DNA from: Monocercomonoides exilis PA203 | Lineage: Eukaryota > Protista > Preaxostyla | Assembly: GCA_001643675.2 (NCBI GenBank) | Contig: LSRY02000013.1 | Location: 496,001 to 560,000 of the forward strand | Direction: 5' to 3' | Length of the DNA stretch: 64,000 nucleotides | Position numbers and translations under genes: made by a program | Shown here: piece after piece, positions 37,501-46,531 of the stretch | How the letters are laid out: every line of letters begins with the position of its first letter | How positions within the stretch are numbered: position 1 is the stretch's first letter | The notes under the pieces: generated by a model | Database searches by the model: none | Told to the model about the DNA's origin: nothing | The model's input: only the letters and a program-made list of their open reading frames with translations

Positions 37501-40364
37501 CTGAAGAGATGTCGTCTTCTTTCTCAATTTCGTTTTCGGCTGAATTGAATCAAAACAGCCTTTCAAAAACGCAAAGAAGACAAACACAAATAGAAGATAT
37601 CCAATCAAATGAAATTATTGAATCTAATTATTTATTGTCTGAGTCAGTGGAGCCTACTTCGTTGCCTGAACCTTCTTCAGTTTCCTCGCAAACATCAGAA
37701 ACATCTTTGAAAGAGGAAGAACAATATTCAAGCATTCTGTCAAATCAAGCTCAATGTCAATTAGATGAAAAGCATAACGAATTTGGACCTGTTGCTATAT
37801 CTCCTAATTTTCAACGAATGGACAATGAGAAAGAAAAAGAAGCAACAAATAAAAGCGAATATTCATTGGACACTGAATTACAGATTACTGCAGAAGACTC
37901 GATGTTATCGTTTTCTGTTGATCCAACCGTACCAGAAAATGAAAACTCTCTGGTTCTGATGTGTTTGATGCAGATGATTCAAATATCTTCTTCAGCAGCT
38001 CAAGTTGCGGAGGATAATTGGCTCTTTGTTGGGTCATTTGTGATAGATAAGCTTAGACAATCTGTTAATGACTTCAATAATAATGCTTTCCAATATACCT
38101 TCATTGATGGATATCTTCTATTTTTGCACTCTTATATAAGTGTGCTATGCGGCAATTCCAGAAGCGATGCTCAAAAATCAAAAGAAACAGGTACTTCTGG
38201 AATAAATGCTCTGTTTAGTCAACAACTTTTCAACATTATTGACATCATGATGAGCAAATTAATGCAAGATTACAGTTACATCTTGGACATTTTCAGCGGC
38301 AAGATCGTTCCTTCTCAACAACAAATGGACAATCTTTTGAATATTAGCAAGGCCCAAACGTCTGTTACTGATTCTGTGAATGGGAGATTAAGACTTCTTA
38401 TTCAGCGAAACGCTGAAACGAAAAATACTCAAAGAGCTCGTTCCCAGAGCGAAATAAATTTCAATGTTTTTCCACCTCGTGGGAATCCACAATACGCTTT
38501 TTCATCTGCAAATCAAATTACTCCAACGCAGTCCATTCTTCAGGCCATGAGTCTGTTTTGGAATAATCCAATCTATTCTCTGTTTGATCCTTCCATTTCA
38601 CTAACTCGTATGCTTTATCCACCTTTTTCTGCAGAACAATCAGAAGACATGCAAACATTTCCTTCATCTTCGCAGAATCACAATTCGCAATCAACTTCAT
38701 CTATTCTTCAAAAGCATCTGAGCAACATAGGCGAATCTATTTCGTTAATGTTGGAGGTTATCCTTCTTGCTGTTCAGAGTGGGATTCTGGCATTAGCTTC
38801 TTTCTCTCAATCAACGCTTTTCATTTCAGTATATCGTCTGATGCTTATCCTCACACGCAATCTCTTCACATCTTTTACTGCCCCTGTTGACGTTGCAGAG
38901 ATCGACTTGAAGCAAAAACAGGTCGAATTGTATGTTCCGCTTGTGAAAGCTCAAACGACCGTTTTGTCGATCTTTGCAAGCTTTCTTGAGGCGTCTCAAT
39001 TCGCTTCAGACGAAAATGCTTCAGACAGTTCTTCACTTCGCCCTTCTTCTTCTGCGTCACTTCAGCCTCCCATTTCGCTCGCTGCTCGACCATCTGTCAA
39101 TTCATTTCATTCAGCTTTGAGAATACGGCGCACGGCTTTGCTGATGATGATAATGATGAATGCGTTGCAGATCGACAATTCCGTTCTGATCATCAGTCGC
39201 TTCGAGAAAACAATTCCACACCAGTCTCGTTCTGGGGGTGTTGAGCAGATACAGCAGCATTTCCTTGCTCCAGTTGTTCTTGAAGCACGAGAACAGACAC
39301 TTGTTGATCTTTTGTATCTGTTTGAAGAGTCCGTGTTGCACACAGCCGACGAGGAGCATGCCAGATCTCTCATGACACCATCCACAAGTCCGTTTTCTGT
39401 ACAAAACGAAAAAGAAGAAGTCATTTCAACAAAAAAGCCAGCAATTGGTTCAAAGCCCAAGCAGCAGCTGCGTCTTGCCCGAGGAAGGCCTCTTTCCTCT
39501 CGTGGATTGACGACTTCTGCAACCAAATTGAAAGATGCTCGCAAAGATTCTCCTTCTCGCCAGTCTGTCAGATCTTTGTCTCTTCGCAGAGAAACAGCGC
39601 AAGCACAAATGAAGCAAGCTCAGATGACACCTTCATCAAGAATATCCTCCAGATCTCAGTCAACACACACGAAACGCCAACTTGTCAAAGGTGCTCCGAT
39701 TCTTCCGTCTTCTGCATCACAAACGCCCACTCTGTCTCAAAGAATACGCACACCCACTCAAACACCTTCGCCTCCTCCTCGTCCGTCTCGACAGCTGATG
39801 TTGGATGGGCCATCACGAGATCGCTCTCCTTCATCGTCGCCTGGCAGAAACCGCGTTCTTCGACCGCCTTTGAGAACTCTTTCATCCGAAGTTGAATCTG
39901 CTCCGTCTGTCTTTTCCTCACCTGTCTTTAGCTCTCCTCGTTCGATGGCTTCTGCTCGCAATGTTGTTCTCGCTATCATCACACCCCTTCTTTCGTCGCT
40001 TGCTCGGTGCTCAAGGGGCAGAGACTGCATCATTTCATACTCTGATTCCCACAATCTGTTGGAGCATTGCCTGCAATCTGCGTCTTATCCACTTTTGCTG
40101 CTGTTTAGAAACCTTCTGTTTTCTCGAACTGTTCGTGAAAGAGTCCTCAGCGAATCTTCATTATTTTATATGCTTCTTCTTCTAGTTAGAGGAGACGGAT
40201 GTGTTTCAAATGAACTCTTTGAATCACAAGCACTCGCTGTGGCATCATTGAAGAAATTATTGTGGAGATGTGAGAGTGGAGTAGCTTTAATGCAAAGGAG
40301 AGAAGTTAGACAGTTATGGGAGTATTTGCCACCTTCATGGGGGATACTTGATTTTATTGAGTAA
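28518..40364 (+). CDS. Giant single-exon protein (about 3950 aa), ARM/HEAT-like; C-terminus resembles rotatin
   Basis: 11.8-kb uninterrupted ORF; first in-frame ATG at 28518. C-terminal LLSSLARCSRGRDCI...LLLLFRNLLFS...QALAVASLKKLLW recalls the rotatin C-terminal ARM repeats. The ORF is certain, the identity tentative. Confidence 0.6.
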   Translation: MLCQIHSSVSDELHECQTCVSHGRLSVPFSATHTTVQLPGEEMLHHPFCIECLESFEIFLIEKGIDAFDNKLMMDTVFKTCEFPKWKGFFPRGFSCLSKIIHCIKQYLDCSENHNLQEKSDFLFSINCRSLHACIHLMGFSGVHLTEIMKVYLIALANDLLFRSMPLKSNEESSSDLITMIFQTLNKIKVEHDGIQCEWNKQEETKGTMRFSPEKDQVLLSIISSLYSRISALLRLLAHFPASVIQKSKDVYRYMFSSSELSADYTWIAASPLLWFWGGNEFSSLLMANLPQSEIGELSELMASSSALRKTTSPYISLDSVSESASSSSSFSSSTSRTKLLKEKSNIIEQKTLNESSSNSILFVLTSSHIGEEAIQRFYDVSRALMKSQEIVMHGWRVDTCFSEIINHSEKSVQNAQKSDDLQMKGENQKQIDDLEKSSMEEGSLEEDEEKGKFRKMLKDSLVYLSNLDMRTVISYLQNLLFLNSYLSRLPSKTEQKPVLFPEADQLQPPFAPLVSLITPPMLSSLVSSFVAVIVRLAVSRLHRLAYMALLNDLIARDRRGERDSSFDRSFSSSFRERRYPFSSGIAEWIPSNSLSLASPICDTSEFSSSAPWPSSSSSSSSSSASSSLSSSSSEQTKNQRKLTSMEQMVISPTAKFSLSALTTKLSESFQASSSFSALVSLLSSADPQLYTTSLQTLTDIRTQKLRLWHLASPRPSDKNSSLEHTQNISQRTAEENIASEFYPAFAVPLPIYQLIGRIVLEPSVVFEVLHLFTRNESSFASDTTATTSSSSSSLQLQSQPSALSFSLIISSLFAVNAAIPSILLSSVFTTFQLYVLDSKTSTIFSKALIPYFPHDAPASLFRLRFHRSYSIRKLFSQLLKGEKEGEKQNSSTLRSFLNGTVVDEGKRRILKKEPTIGDKEPIELLKEVIEGGITDDEKRTILSWFELLSIVSDRNDGDKSMRWCIKPTLDVLLSFLPFLTNSRKSVQYLANFILSLILFHPRCFTSQTSVLSPSEYPSQWIVPWLQRNNPSEEKDDDEEESDSEHDPKGQKRTLLQNSSESKYRIKYLLSSSFPRDAINILKGNVDSSEINNSEEFANPSLLISTQPIDSNLTLFELPKPNDIQIASFEKSDQNNEKSITQSFQSFQDIFSSLLLSFPISRSRSIHLSTSSFFPGIESSEASEELLIIPCSISYSFSSTHHLISRCEKSLSAILNILQQNPQASPSTPSHSSASASSSSSSSSSSSLHYAQLDDQNIKSIVANMKTLNDNIPLLHLTFTSSLSSLSEALNLILEPLEMPNLSNDGNSDSNKPKAIASCLCLQIASLWKILTSRNDMQRLMKAMFPIISPEEIITPLSCHIHSFLIDVLDCVTSLNITSTNLETHQNESSVNASSVSNQNVQTQILVKQVTSVLFLLSLSFRQILISSPFSINSQLKASDPKKKSNECNFSFSIQLFYSWLNCLEQLQRTWNLFNFDVSDETQTQKSVLSPMNIFFMFLSPLSEQDVLNVASFVDGSASSASESCSRFLSRLISASKQKNNFESDEALKAESKELKHTLIGNLLCILFLCIDLCNPLQCGKVSSSTELLMDHLNCSWCVQSDHSIYPNRIDWWGIAPFCSTSQSLLSTKTATSSISSSSQTGKQKPNEALLSNNPPLSLQQVLGTSHIVVGRDAPSLIDAQTFIGDEFHLPRTEKAEAPTQLLTYQLIRIRDKIEHEDDLPSADMAVRMPWLIFPLSQPLTDLSDNHLMDDQYEDNPDPMQPLLLHPFSDSIVLWNSFPLPSHHRSSLCKETSYIPLGPTASSVYLLRILALHALSSVVQLIESEKSFNQQKDSNLPFESDMKQKMKYHGKVLEEGKSDEKGEIVEVLSYSSALSLVKYFRQTIFSAFQQYVPTMFQMMMELSASQSNQIPTDANLLLSHSFDTMHRGASEESAYGLDRYFLAKKGTQWTNGIVVCLPSTKEELSALQLKDFIYHSNESPLIHSHNHIGLSFASLCFAVNLSETEWRPFPGLRSFRWKSPLLIETHSLLLLSVLIEKWSEMFRVIIYKENENILQAQAENKFVNKTVKGIREMFQMYSESESEEVLSLPQTPVKHPNHEQLNTKSPEQSNSWSFITSTATDEESDDVPVQLYDIQPAKDNAVLNIQNNSKSSNEHNSLFAEFLTWVSEEVLLRGDDEEMPAHGPCNCVCGCYGWNELWTEMLWKRHAKGTPYCESADFDNSTFGNPDGLIARIVNRLNDPINETQNTFSLFEAVRKTTHPLSSMHGIIPTVDFSEFNAEITSQLSQSSSLCAVHLPSWSDDTMGKVHPSWGYVPIGWRLIYLALTFLVPQTWKEGDGINRANCICNCEESLTPQKPDESIDCPLSSLFDVLAGQATFLISRWLNSSGFQQSSKHQQNLSDCCSLCFDSVVEALRALSQFPLCIIHQISNKQSLRPVGKEAVQPPAQNNQANELLPLEDSIDLDLSLTLDGTQEIALDQAKTEWEEDIDFQSESSPVKQPVINEIKEKQVTFSLLKRFTAPTRTTSALEGNTDHTVPPLLELLPVLLNRLSSPSSNSICMLKPYHWFAAPPKCLMSFTRPVLDLSSTSSMGIWKQTVVSLSSPVLHSCVHLLLHFALDTEIIKDLNTSILRFSLFDPILSLTIDTSKVIHMLCNALKSRNSLENEKNELSSPFMRQFFQMLLTSIAPIFLLSRLLCIIYRVYQNEVPVSSFLSPLLPPSTTTARFFVNATKMFLFVIDNLNNILMELSETDEDDENESSKLQTDDKGSVMDHKTKVNNIVEWQSSITLLLSFCYASLHSLVNTIRQIAPFCGEIIIPYLFSLPSNSRTAENSESSEMKVDDNVLSTPFLPLALSFICNRQSPRPLRLLFAQMLTASASMLPQVSSETQVARKESIRSTNNGMLLNALDDKECALSMVVYDDESENAAERKMSVGEALMRSIITLLPIVIVKNDKIHDSEAVASPSISLSRILVQSKESLSIKHLFQPIPSIPFEVAEEMSSSFSISFSAELNQNSLSKTQRRQTQIEDIQSNEIIESNYLLSESVEPTSLPEPSSVSSQTSETSLKEEEQYSSILSNQAQCQLDEKHNEFGPVAISPNFQRMDNEKEKEATNKSEYSLDTELQITAEDSMLSFSVDPTVPENENSLVLMCLMQMIQISSSAAQVAEDNWLFVGSFVIDKLRQSVNDFNNNAFQYTFIDGYLLFLHSYISVLCGNSRSDAQKSKETGTSGINALFSQQLFNIIDIMMSKLMQDYSYILDIFSGKIVPSQQQMDNLLNISKAQTSVTDSVNGRLRLLIQRNAETKNTQRARSQSEINFNVFPPRGNPQYAFSSANQITPTQSILQAMSLFWNNPIYSLFDPSISLTRMLYPPFSAEQSEDMQTFPSSSQNHNSQSTSSILQKHLSNIGESISLMLEVILLAVQSGILALASFSQSTLFISVYRLMLILTRNLFTSFTAPVDVAEIDLKQKQVELYVPLVKAQTTVLSIFASFLEASQFASDENASDSSSLRPSSSASLQPPISLAARPSVNSFHSALRIRRTALLMMIMMNALQIDNSVLIISRFEKTIPHQSRSGGVEQIQQHFLAPVVLEAREQTLVDLLYLFEESVLHTADEEHARSLMTPSTSPFSVQNEKEEVISTKKPAIGSKPKQQLRLARGRPLSSRGLTTSATKLKDARKDSPSRQSVRSLSLRRETAQAQMKQAQMTPSSRISSRSQSTHTKRQLVKGAPILPSSASQTPTLSQRIRTPTQTPSPPPRPSRQLMLDGPSRDRSPSSSPGRNRVLRPPLRTLSSEVESAPSVFSSPVFSSPRSMASARNVVLAIITPLLSSLARCSRGRDCIISYSDSHNLLEHCLQSASYPLLLLFRNLLFSRTVRERVLSESSLFYMLLLLVRGDGCVSNELFESQALAVASLKKLLWRCESGVALMQRREVRQLWEYLPPSWGILDFIE

Positions 40365-40460
40365 TTGTTTTATATTTTCTTTAATTTTCTTTATTTTTAC
40401 AATAATAATTTGGACTGGGCAATGGGATATTTAGATCATTTTTTATTTTTTTAAATTTTC

Positions 40461-43400
40461 ATGGAACGGCTCAGTCAAGAATGTACAAATGTTAACACAA
40501 ATATTGGAGTTATTGCAGCTCATCGCATCAACCCTTGTTTTGCAATTTTACCTGCAAGTATAAGCTCCCCAATTGAAATCATATCATTTGAAGAATCATC
40601 GCTTCCTTCAACTCATTCACCGCTAAGAGATGCTACACCTGTAACAGCAGTTAAAATTCAACCGGATATTCCGTGTGTTTTATTTTTCTGTCAGTTATAG
40701 TTTTAATTAAAATTTTTTTGACAAATATCTGGTTTCTCACAGAATAATTGCTTCTTGCGCAAGTTGGGTTTCCGATACGCTTCTTTGTGGTACCACTCAA
40801 GGGAGAATTCTTTCATATGAATGTCATCCTTTCCCGCTTCCCGGTTCTTTTCGGCAATCTCGATTATCATCAACGAATCCTCCATCATTCAGAGCGAATT
40901 TTCCAACAGAAGTACAATTGCATTCACCTGAAAATGCAACGTTGAATGCAGCTGGCACGCTAGGAACGTTAACTAGATTTAATCCTTCATTTCAATCTCC
41001 CCTTGCAACTCCAGTGAGCAGCATCGATATTTGCGAATGGAGCCCAAGCAGTTTTGTTGCGAGTCAAGGTAAACGGTTGCACATTTATGAGCATGTGTAT
41101 CCAGAAGGACCTGTGCAAACGGAAACGTTTGTGAGTTCACTGCGTTGTGTGAGTTACAGGCCTCGATCAATGAGTGAGATAGCTGTTGGGGGAGGAAGAG
41201 GCATTGTTCGTCTTTTGGATATCAGAAGCAAAAATGCCATCAAACAAGAACTGAGCACTTCAGATGCGTATTCAGTGGCAAAGCCATGGATGATGAAGGG
41301 TGTGAAAATTATTTTTTTATTAAATAGACTTTTTTAAAAAAAATGAAAAATATGTATTATGTTGGAAATAAATCCAAATTTTCTTTTATTCTCATAATAG
41401 CTGCACACGATGGCGATGTCACAGCGCTTGCGTGGCATCCGACGATGCACCACTGGCTGGCGACAACAGGAATGGACGGAACCATTCGAGTGTGGGACGT
41501 GCGGCATCTGGCGCCAAAAGTGCCTCTTTTCACTCTTTCCTCGTCTTCCTCTCTGTCTGCCACAACTTCACTCTCACTGGCCAATGCGTGTTCAGCACTG
41601 GCATCATCCAGCTGCAACTTCGACTCTTCGTTTATGTCGTCCTTTGCCTCCACCTCTCCGTTCGCCCCTTGTTTCACATCTCTTTCGTGGAGCCAGGCAT
41701 TCCCCGATCTGCTGTGTGCCTCCACCCACACACAGACAACAGTCTATTCGCTCTCCAGCGCTGCTGCCCCGCACCACATCTGCACACAATGGAACGCGGC
41801 AGACACAGAAACCGAGTGGAAGCGGAGAAAAGCCAGCTCTTCCTCCGACGACTCCTTCGCCCCGCATCTGTCGTATCCAAAACTGTCTGCCCAGCTTTCC
41901 CCGCCTGCTGCTGTCACAGCGTCTTCCTTCTTCCTCTGCTCTTCGTCTGCCTCTGTCGTGTCCCCCGTGTCTGCCAATGCTGTCGCTGTCACCACCCTCT
42001 CTGATGAGATGCTCTCTTCCCTTCTGCCAGACTTCTGCGGCGACGATGCCAACCCAATTCTGCTGGATGTGGATGTCACACCTGAGATGGTGCAGAGGGA
42101 GATCGACCTGTTTATGCACAAAGACGCCCGAGACGCCCTGCGGCAGAAGAGGCTCTCGTCGTCTGCTGCTGCAGCGCTGACTGACCCGCTGTTTGACGCC
42201 GATGAAAAAGCACCGCCAATTGTGGTGAATGAGTCGCTCAGCCACTCATTCAGCTGTCTCCCGTCTGTTTTCCCCACATCTGCACCGATGGCATCGCCTA
42301 AGACACGTTCTGTTGCTCCTTCCCCTTCTCCTTCAAATGCCCCCTCGCCTTCGTTGTCTATCAACAGCTCTTTGTCTCCCCGTCCTCCCTCGTTCGTGTC
42401 TTCCTCTTCTGCTCCTTCGTCTGCTGTTCCTTCTGCCTCGCAGTCCTTCCACAGCGCATCTTTCCACTCGTCTCCTTCTTTTGCCTCGCCCACCACAACC
42501 CCTTCTCTTTCTCTCTCATTCCAGTCATCCAATGTGATGAGCCAGTCCTCCTTCAGGTCTTATCTGTCTTCTTCCTCTTCTTCCTCTTATTCTTCCTCTT
42601 CCTTTTCTTCTTCTTCCACTCCTTTTGCGCTGTCTGAGCGAAGAATCAGAGGATGCTGGTTTGGCAGCTCGTTTTCGGTGGAGGCAGCAGGAGGGCCGTT
42701 GGATGCAGATGGCGATTCGACAGCGAATGGAAATGGAATGACAGCTGAAAACGACGAATTTCTGGACGATTTCAGCGAAGAAGACAGTTCTGACACATCA
42801 GAAGATGAAGAAGAAGGTTTGGACAAGAGACAAGGGAAAGGGAAGCGGTCAGCGCATTCGAGAACAGCAGAGAAGAAGCAGGTTGTGCAGGAGCTGCTGA
42901 AGATGGACGGGAGCACCGCTGTCTCAGCTGCTGAGCTGATTGGCGGGGCAGCTGCTGGAAATGCATTCAAAACAGGCTCATTCGCATCATCTTCTTCTTC
43001 TTCTGCCCTGTCATCGGCTGGTCGCTTCTCTTCTTCTGGCAGCAGCGCCCTCCGCCGGCTGAATGTGCAGGCGCGGAGGTGTGCCTTGTCTCATCTGCTG
43101 AATGTGAGTGGTCTAGGCGGCGAGCTCACAGAAATCGCTGACTTCATCCGCATCCGGCGCTTCATCGATGCTCTGCGGTGTGGCCTAGCTTTGCTGGAGA
43201 AGACGACAGCTCGATGGGCAGTGGTTGCAACGAAGATGGTGCTGACGCTGTTAACGCCTCTTTCGCTGGATGAAGTGAATGACCTGCCTTTCTGCCTTGC
43301 AATGGACCTCCTTTCGCTTCGCATCCCTCCGCTGTATTCATTCCCATTGGTGCCTCAGCTGCCAGACGAGTCAGACACTAACCCAGCAACTGTTGAGTCA

Positions 43401-46355
43401 TTTCTGAGCGATCCTTTCAGTTTATCTCGTGCTTCTTCCTCTCAATCATCATCATCATCTTCTTCTTCTTCTTCTTCTCTCTCTCCCACTCTGATGATGC
43501 ATTCTCTTTCGCAGCTGTTTGACATCGGAGTGCAGCTGCGCACCATCCAGCACATCCACCATCTCCAATGTGCTCTGTTTATGTTTATGCGCCCGCGTGT
43601 GCTGACACTTCTGGAGAAGACTCTGTTTGAGCAGGTGAAGGCCGAGCAGGACTTGGTGAAGAAGTTGGAAGAGGAGGCATTCATCAGAGAAAGCGAAGAG
43701 GGGCACGATGACAACAGCAGCGGAGGAGGAGGAGGAGGCAGCGGGAGTTCAATGAGTGATGCGCTGAGTGAGTTCAGAAGAGGCACCGGACGGATGGCGA
43801 TGACACTCAACCCGCGCATGAACACGAGGATGAAGATGAAGGCGCTGAGCAGCGGAGGAGGAGGAATGGGGGGAATTGGAGGAATTGGAGGAGGAGGAGG
43901 AGGAGCTGCGATGAGAGGAGAGAAGAATGCAATCTCAGCTCTTTCTCGCAGGTCGTCCCGGTTCCGTGCCTCGCTCTTCATTCCTGTTCTGATGCAGCTG
44001 AAGGCGACGAACGAGAAGAGATGTTGTGTGTGGGTGCTGCAGCTGTGGGAGCTGTTCAGCCGGCAGCCTGCTCAAAAGAGCGAGTGGGTGACGAGTGTGG
44101 TGAGGGCGGTGCTGTCGCCAACTGTTGTGGAGGTGTTTGAGGACGACCCGCTGATCGAAGAGGAGAAGATGAGGAAGCTGAGAGAGGAGGAAGAGAAGAC
44201 AAGGGCAAAGAACCCAGCACCGCGTGTTTCGCTGCCTTCCTCTGCGCATCTCCTGCCAACTGCACCGAGTTTCCTGCAGTCCATTGCAGCGCTTGGCAGT
44301 CGTGTGTCCTCCGAAACAGGCGTTGTCTCATTGAAGCGGATGAAAAACCAGCAAAATGAAGATCTGACACAAGCACTGCCTTCTTCCTCTGCCTCGTCTT
44401 CGATCCCGGCTGCTCCACCTCTTTCGATTGATGCTCCACCCAATGTGCCCTCTCCGATGTCTCCGCTTGACTCTTCCATTCCTCTCCCTCCGCCACTTCC
44501 TGAAGGCACACTCGAGAGCTCTCCTTCAACTGCTGCTATTCCAGTTGCTCCTCCTCTCCCGTCGTCTGTCATGTTTAGCTTGCCTTCTTCTTCCTCTGCT
44601 TCTGCTTCTGCTTCTTCTTCCCATTCGATTCCTTCTCCTCCTCCACTTCCTTCTTCTCTGGCTGAGGTGTCTGTCCCAGCAGCATCTGGTGCTCAATCAG
44701 CAGCAGTGGCTGTGGGTGTGGTGAAGCCCACAACCAGAAAGCGCACTCAGATAGACGAAGGAGACCAGGACTCAGAGGGTGTTGATAGAGACTCAATGGG
44801 CATAGATGGGAGTGGTGCACAAGAAGAAGAAGGAGAAAGAGAAAGAGAAAGAGGAGCAGCGAAGAAGCAGCTGACGCCGAAGGAGCAAAGCGAGAAGCAT
44901 CTTTTGACAGCGCTGCAGAAGTCGTCGCAGGATGTGCTGAAGTGGCAGGTGAGTCTGCTGCAGCGGCTGTGCACGCGCAAAAAGGCAGAGCAGCTGACGT
45001 CTCGGCAGCTCTGCACGCTGCACCCGATGGTCTCTTATGTGCACTCAGCACGTGTGGCAGTGGCGTTGCTGTCTGCCCTCGCGAAGGAGGCGCAGTATCT
45101 GACAGCGATGCTCTGCTGCATCCAGCTGAAGCGGAGGATTGAGCAGTGCAGCCCCACCCCCACATTCTCCTTGCACCTCGTGCGCTTCTTCGAGGAAGGC
45201 GTGTGCCGCCCCTGGCTGCAGTGGATGCAGGATGCAGTTGGGATGATTGAGCCATCTGACGAGAAGATCGACACGACAGACGAACAGGACACTGCTGAGC
45301 GCTCTCTTTCAGGCGGAATGGGAGGAATGAGCGGAGGGATGCAGTCAGCATTTCAGCCATTTGGAGAGAGAGGGATGTGGATGCGGCAGGGAATTGGTGG
45401 CTCCTCTGCTCCCACTGAGTCGTTTGGCGGGGCAGCTGAACAGCATCGGCGTTCAGTGCGGACAGGGCTGCTGCCAACATCAGCACCAGCATCATCAGCA
45501 GATCCCGTGAGTGCAGTTGTCGAGCGGTGCAAGATGCTCAGAGAGATCGTCTATGTCTATCTGATCCTGGCTCCTTTGCCGGCGTGTCTGTCGAAGCTGC
45601 TCGTGTGGCGCAACCGGATCGTGTTGGATTTGAGAAGACACTGCAACACACTCGCGTCTGCGCGGAATGCTGCCTCAAAAGCAGCAGAGGAGATCAAAGC
45701 AGCCATTGCCGCCATCACTGCCATGAACCAGGATGCGAAGAAGATCAGAGAGAAGATACAGCAGGAAGGGCTGGACGACGAAGACGACGAGGAGAAGGAG
45801 ACAGTGGCGATGGAGCAGGCGAAGAAGATGCTGAGTCAGGAGCAGTCACAAAAGAAGAATGGCAGCCAGACGAGTGAAAACTCTCAGTCTTTGAGAGGAG
45901 ATGGCAGAGAAGAGGAAGCAGGGGTAGCAGATGAAGATTTGAGGGAGGAAGAAGAAGATGCGGAGGAGGTGAAAGAGATGGAGCGAAGAAAGAAGCGAGC
46001 GCTTTTGTCGCTGCAGCCACACAACCAGCGTCTGTTTGCTTCGCAGTACTTTGCGTCGTTCTATGCAAAAAGCGAGAGAAGCGCTGATCCGCCTTTTGTG
46101 TCTATTTTGTCGTCCATCCCGCCCATCCCTCCTGTCCCCTCAGCTGCCAGCACACCTTCCACACTCACTTCATCCCCTAATGCTGCAGCTGCTCAGAACC
46201 CAATCCCGTCTATCAACTTGGAGCCATTCCGAATGAACCTCATGAGGAGCGAGGCTGTGAACACGAAGAAGATGCTCGACGGACTGCTGAAGAAGCTCGA
46301 GTCGGTTGTGCAGCCCCAAGCACAGCCACAACTTCCTCCAAGACGAAGAATATAA
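40461..46355 (+). CDS. Large protein with N-terminal WD40 repeats and IPxxPPLP proline-rich repeats (3 exons)
   Basis: Two GT-AG introns join ORFs 40461, 40918 and 41343. Clear WD repeat AHDGDVTALAWHP...LATTGMDGTIRVWDVR. Confidence 0.75.
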
Positions 46356-46531
46356 CAAGTTTTTCATTTCAAAAAAAAATTAGAAACACTTCAATATTGT
46401 CCATTTCATATCACTAGCTTATATCTCACTTCAAATGTTTGTATTGTTTAATGTTTATTTGTGATGTTTTGTTCCAATTATTATTTATTTTCTTTTTATT
46501 AGACGTTTAGAATATACCCATAATCTATCTT

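Noticed and set aside
40461-46355. Assignment as WDR24 (GATOR2) or as a formin
   Set aside because: One WD repeat resembles WDR24 but no C-terminal RING/Zn finger is visible. Polyproline is present but no FH2 domain is recognisable.
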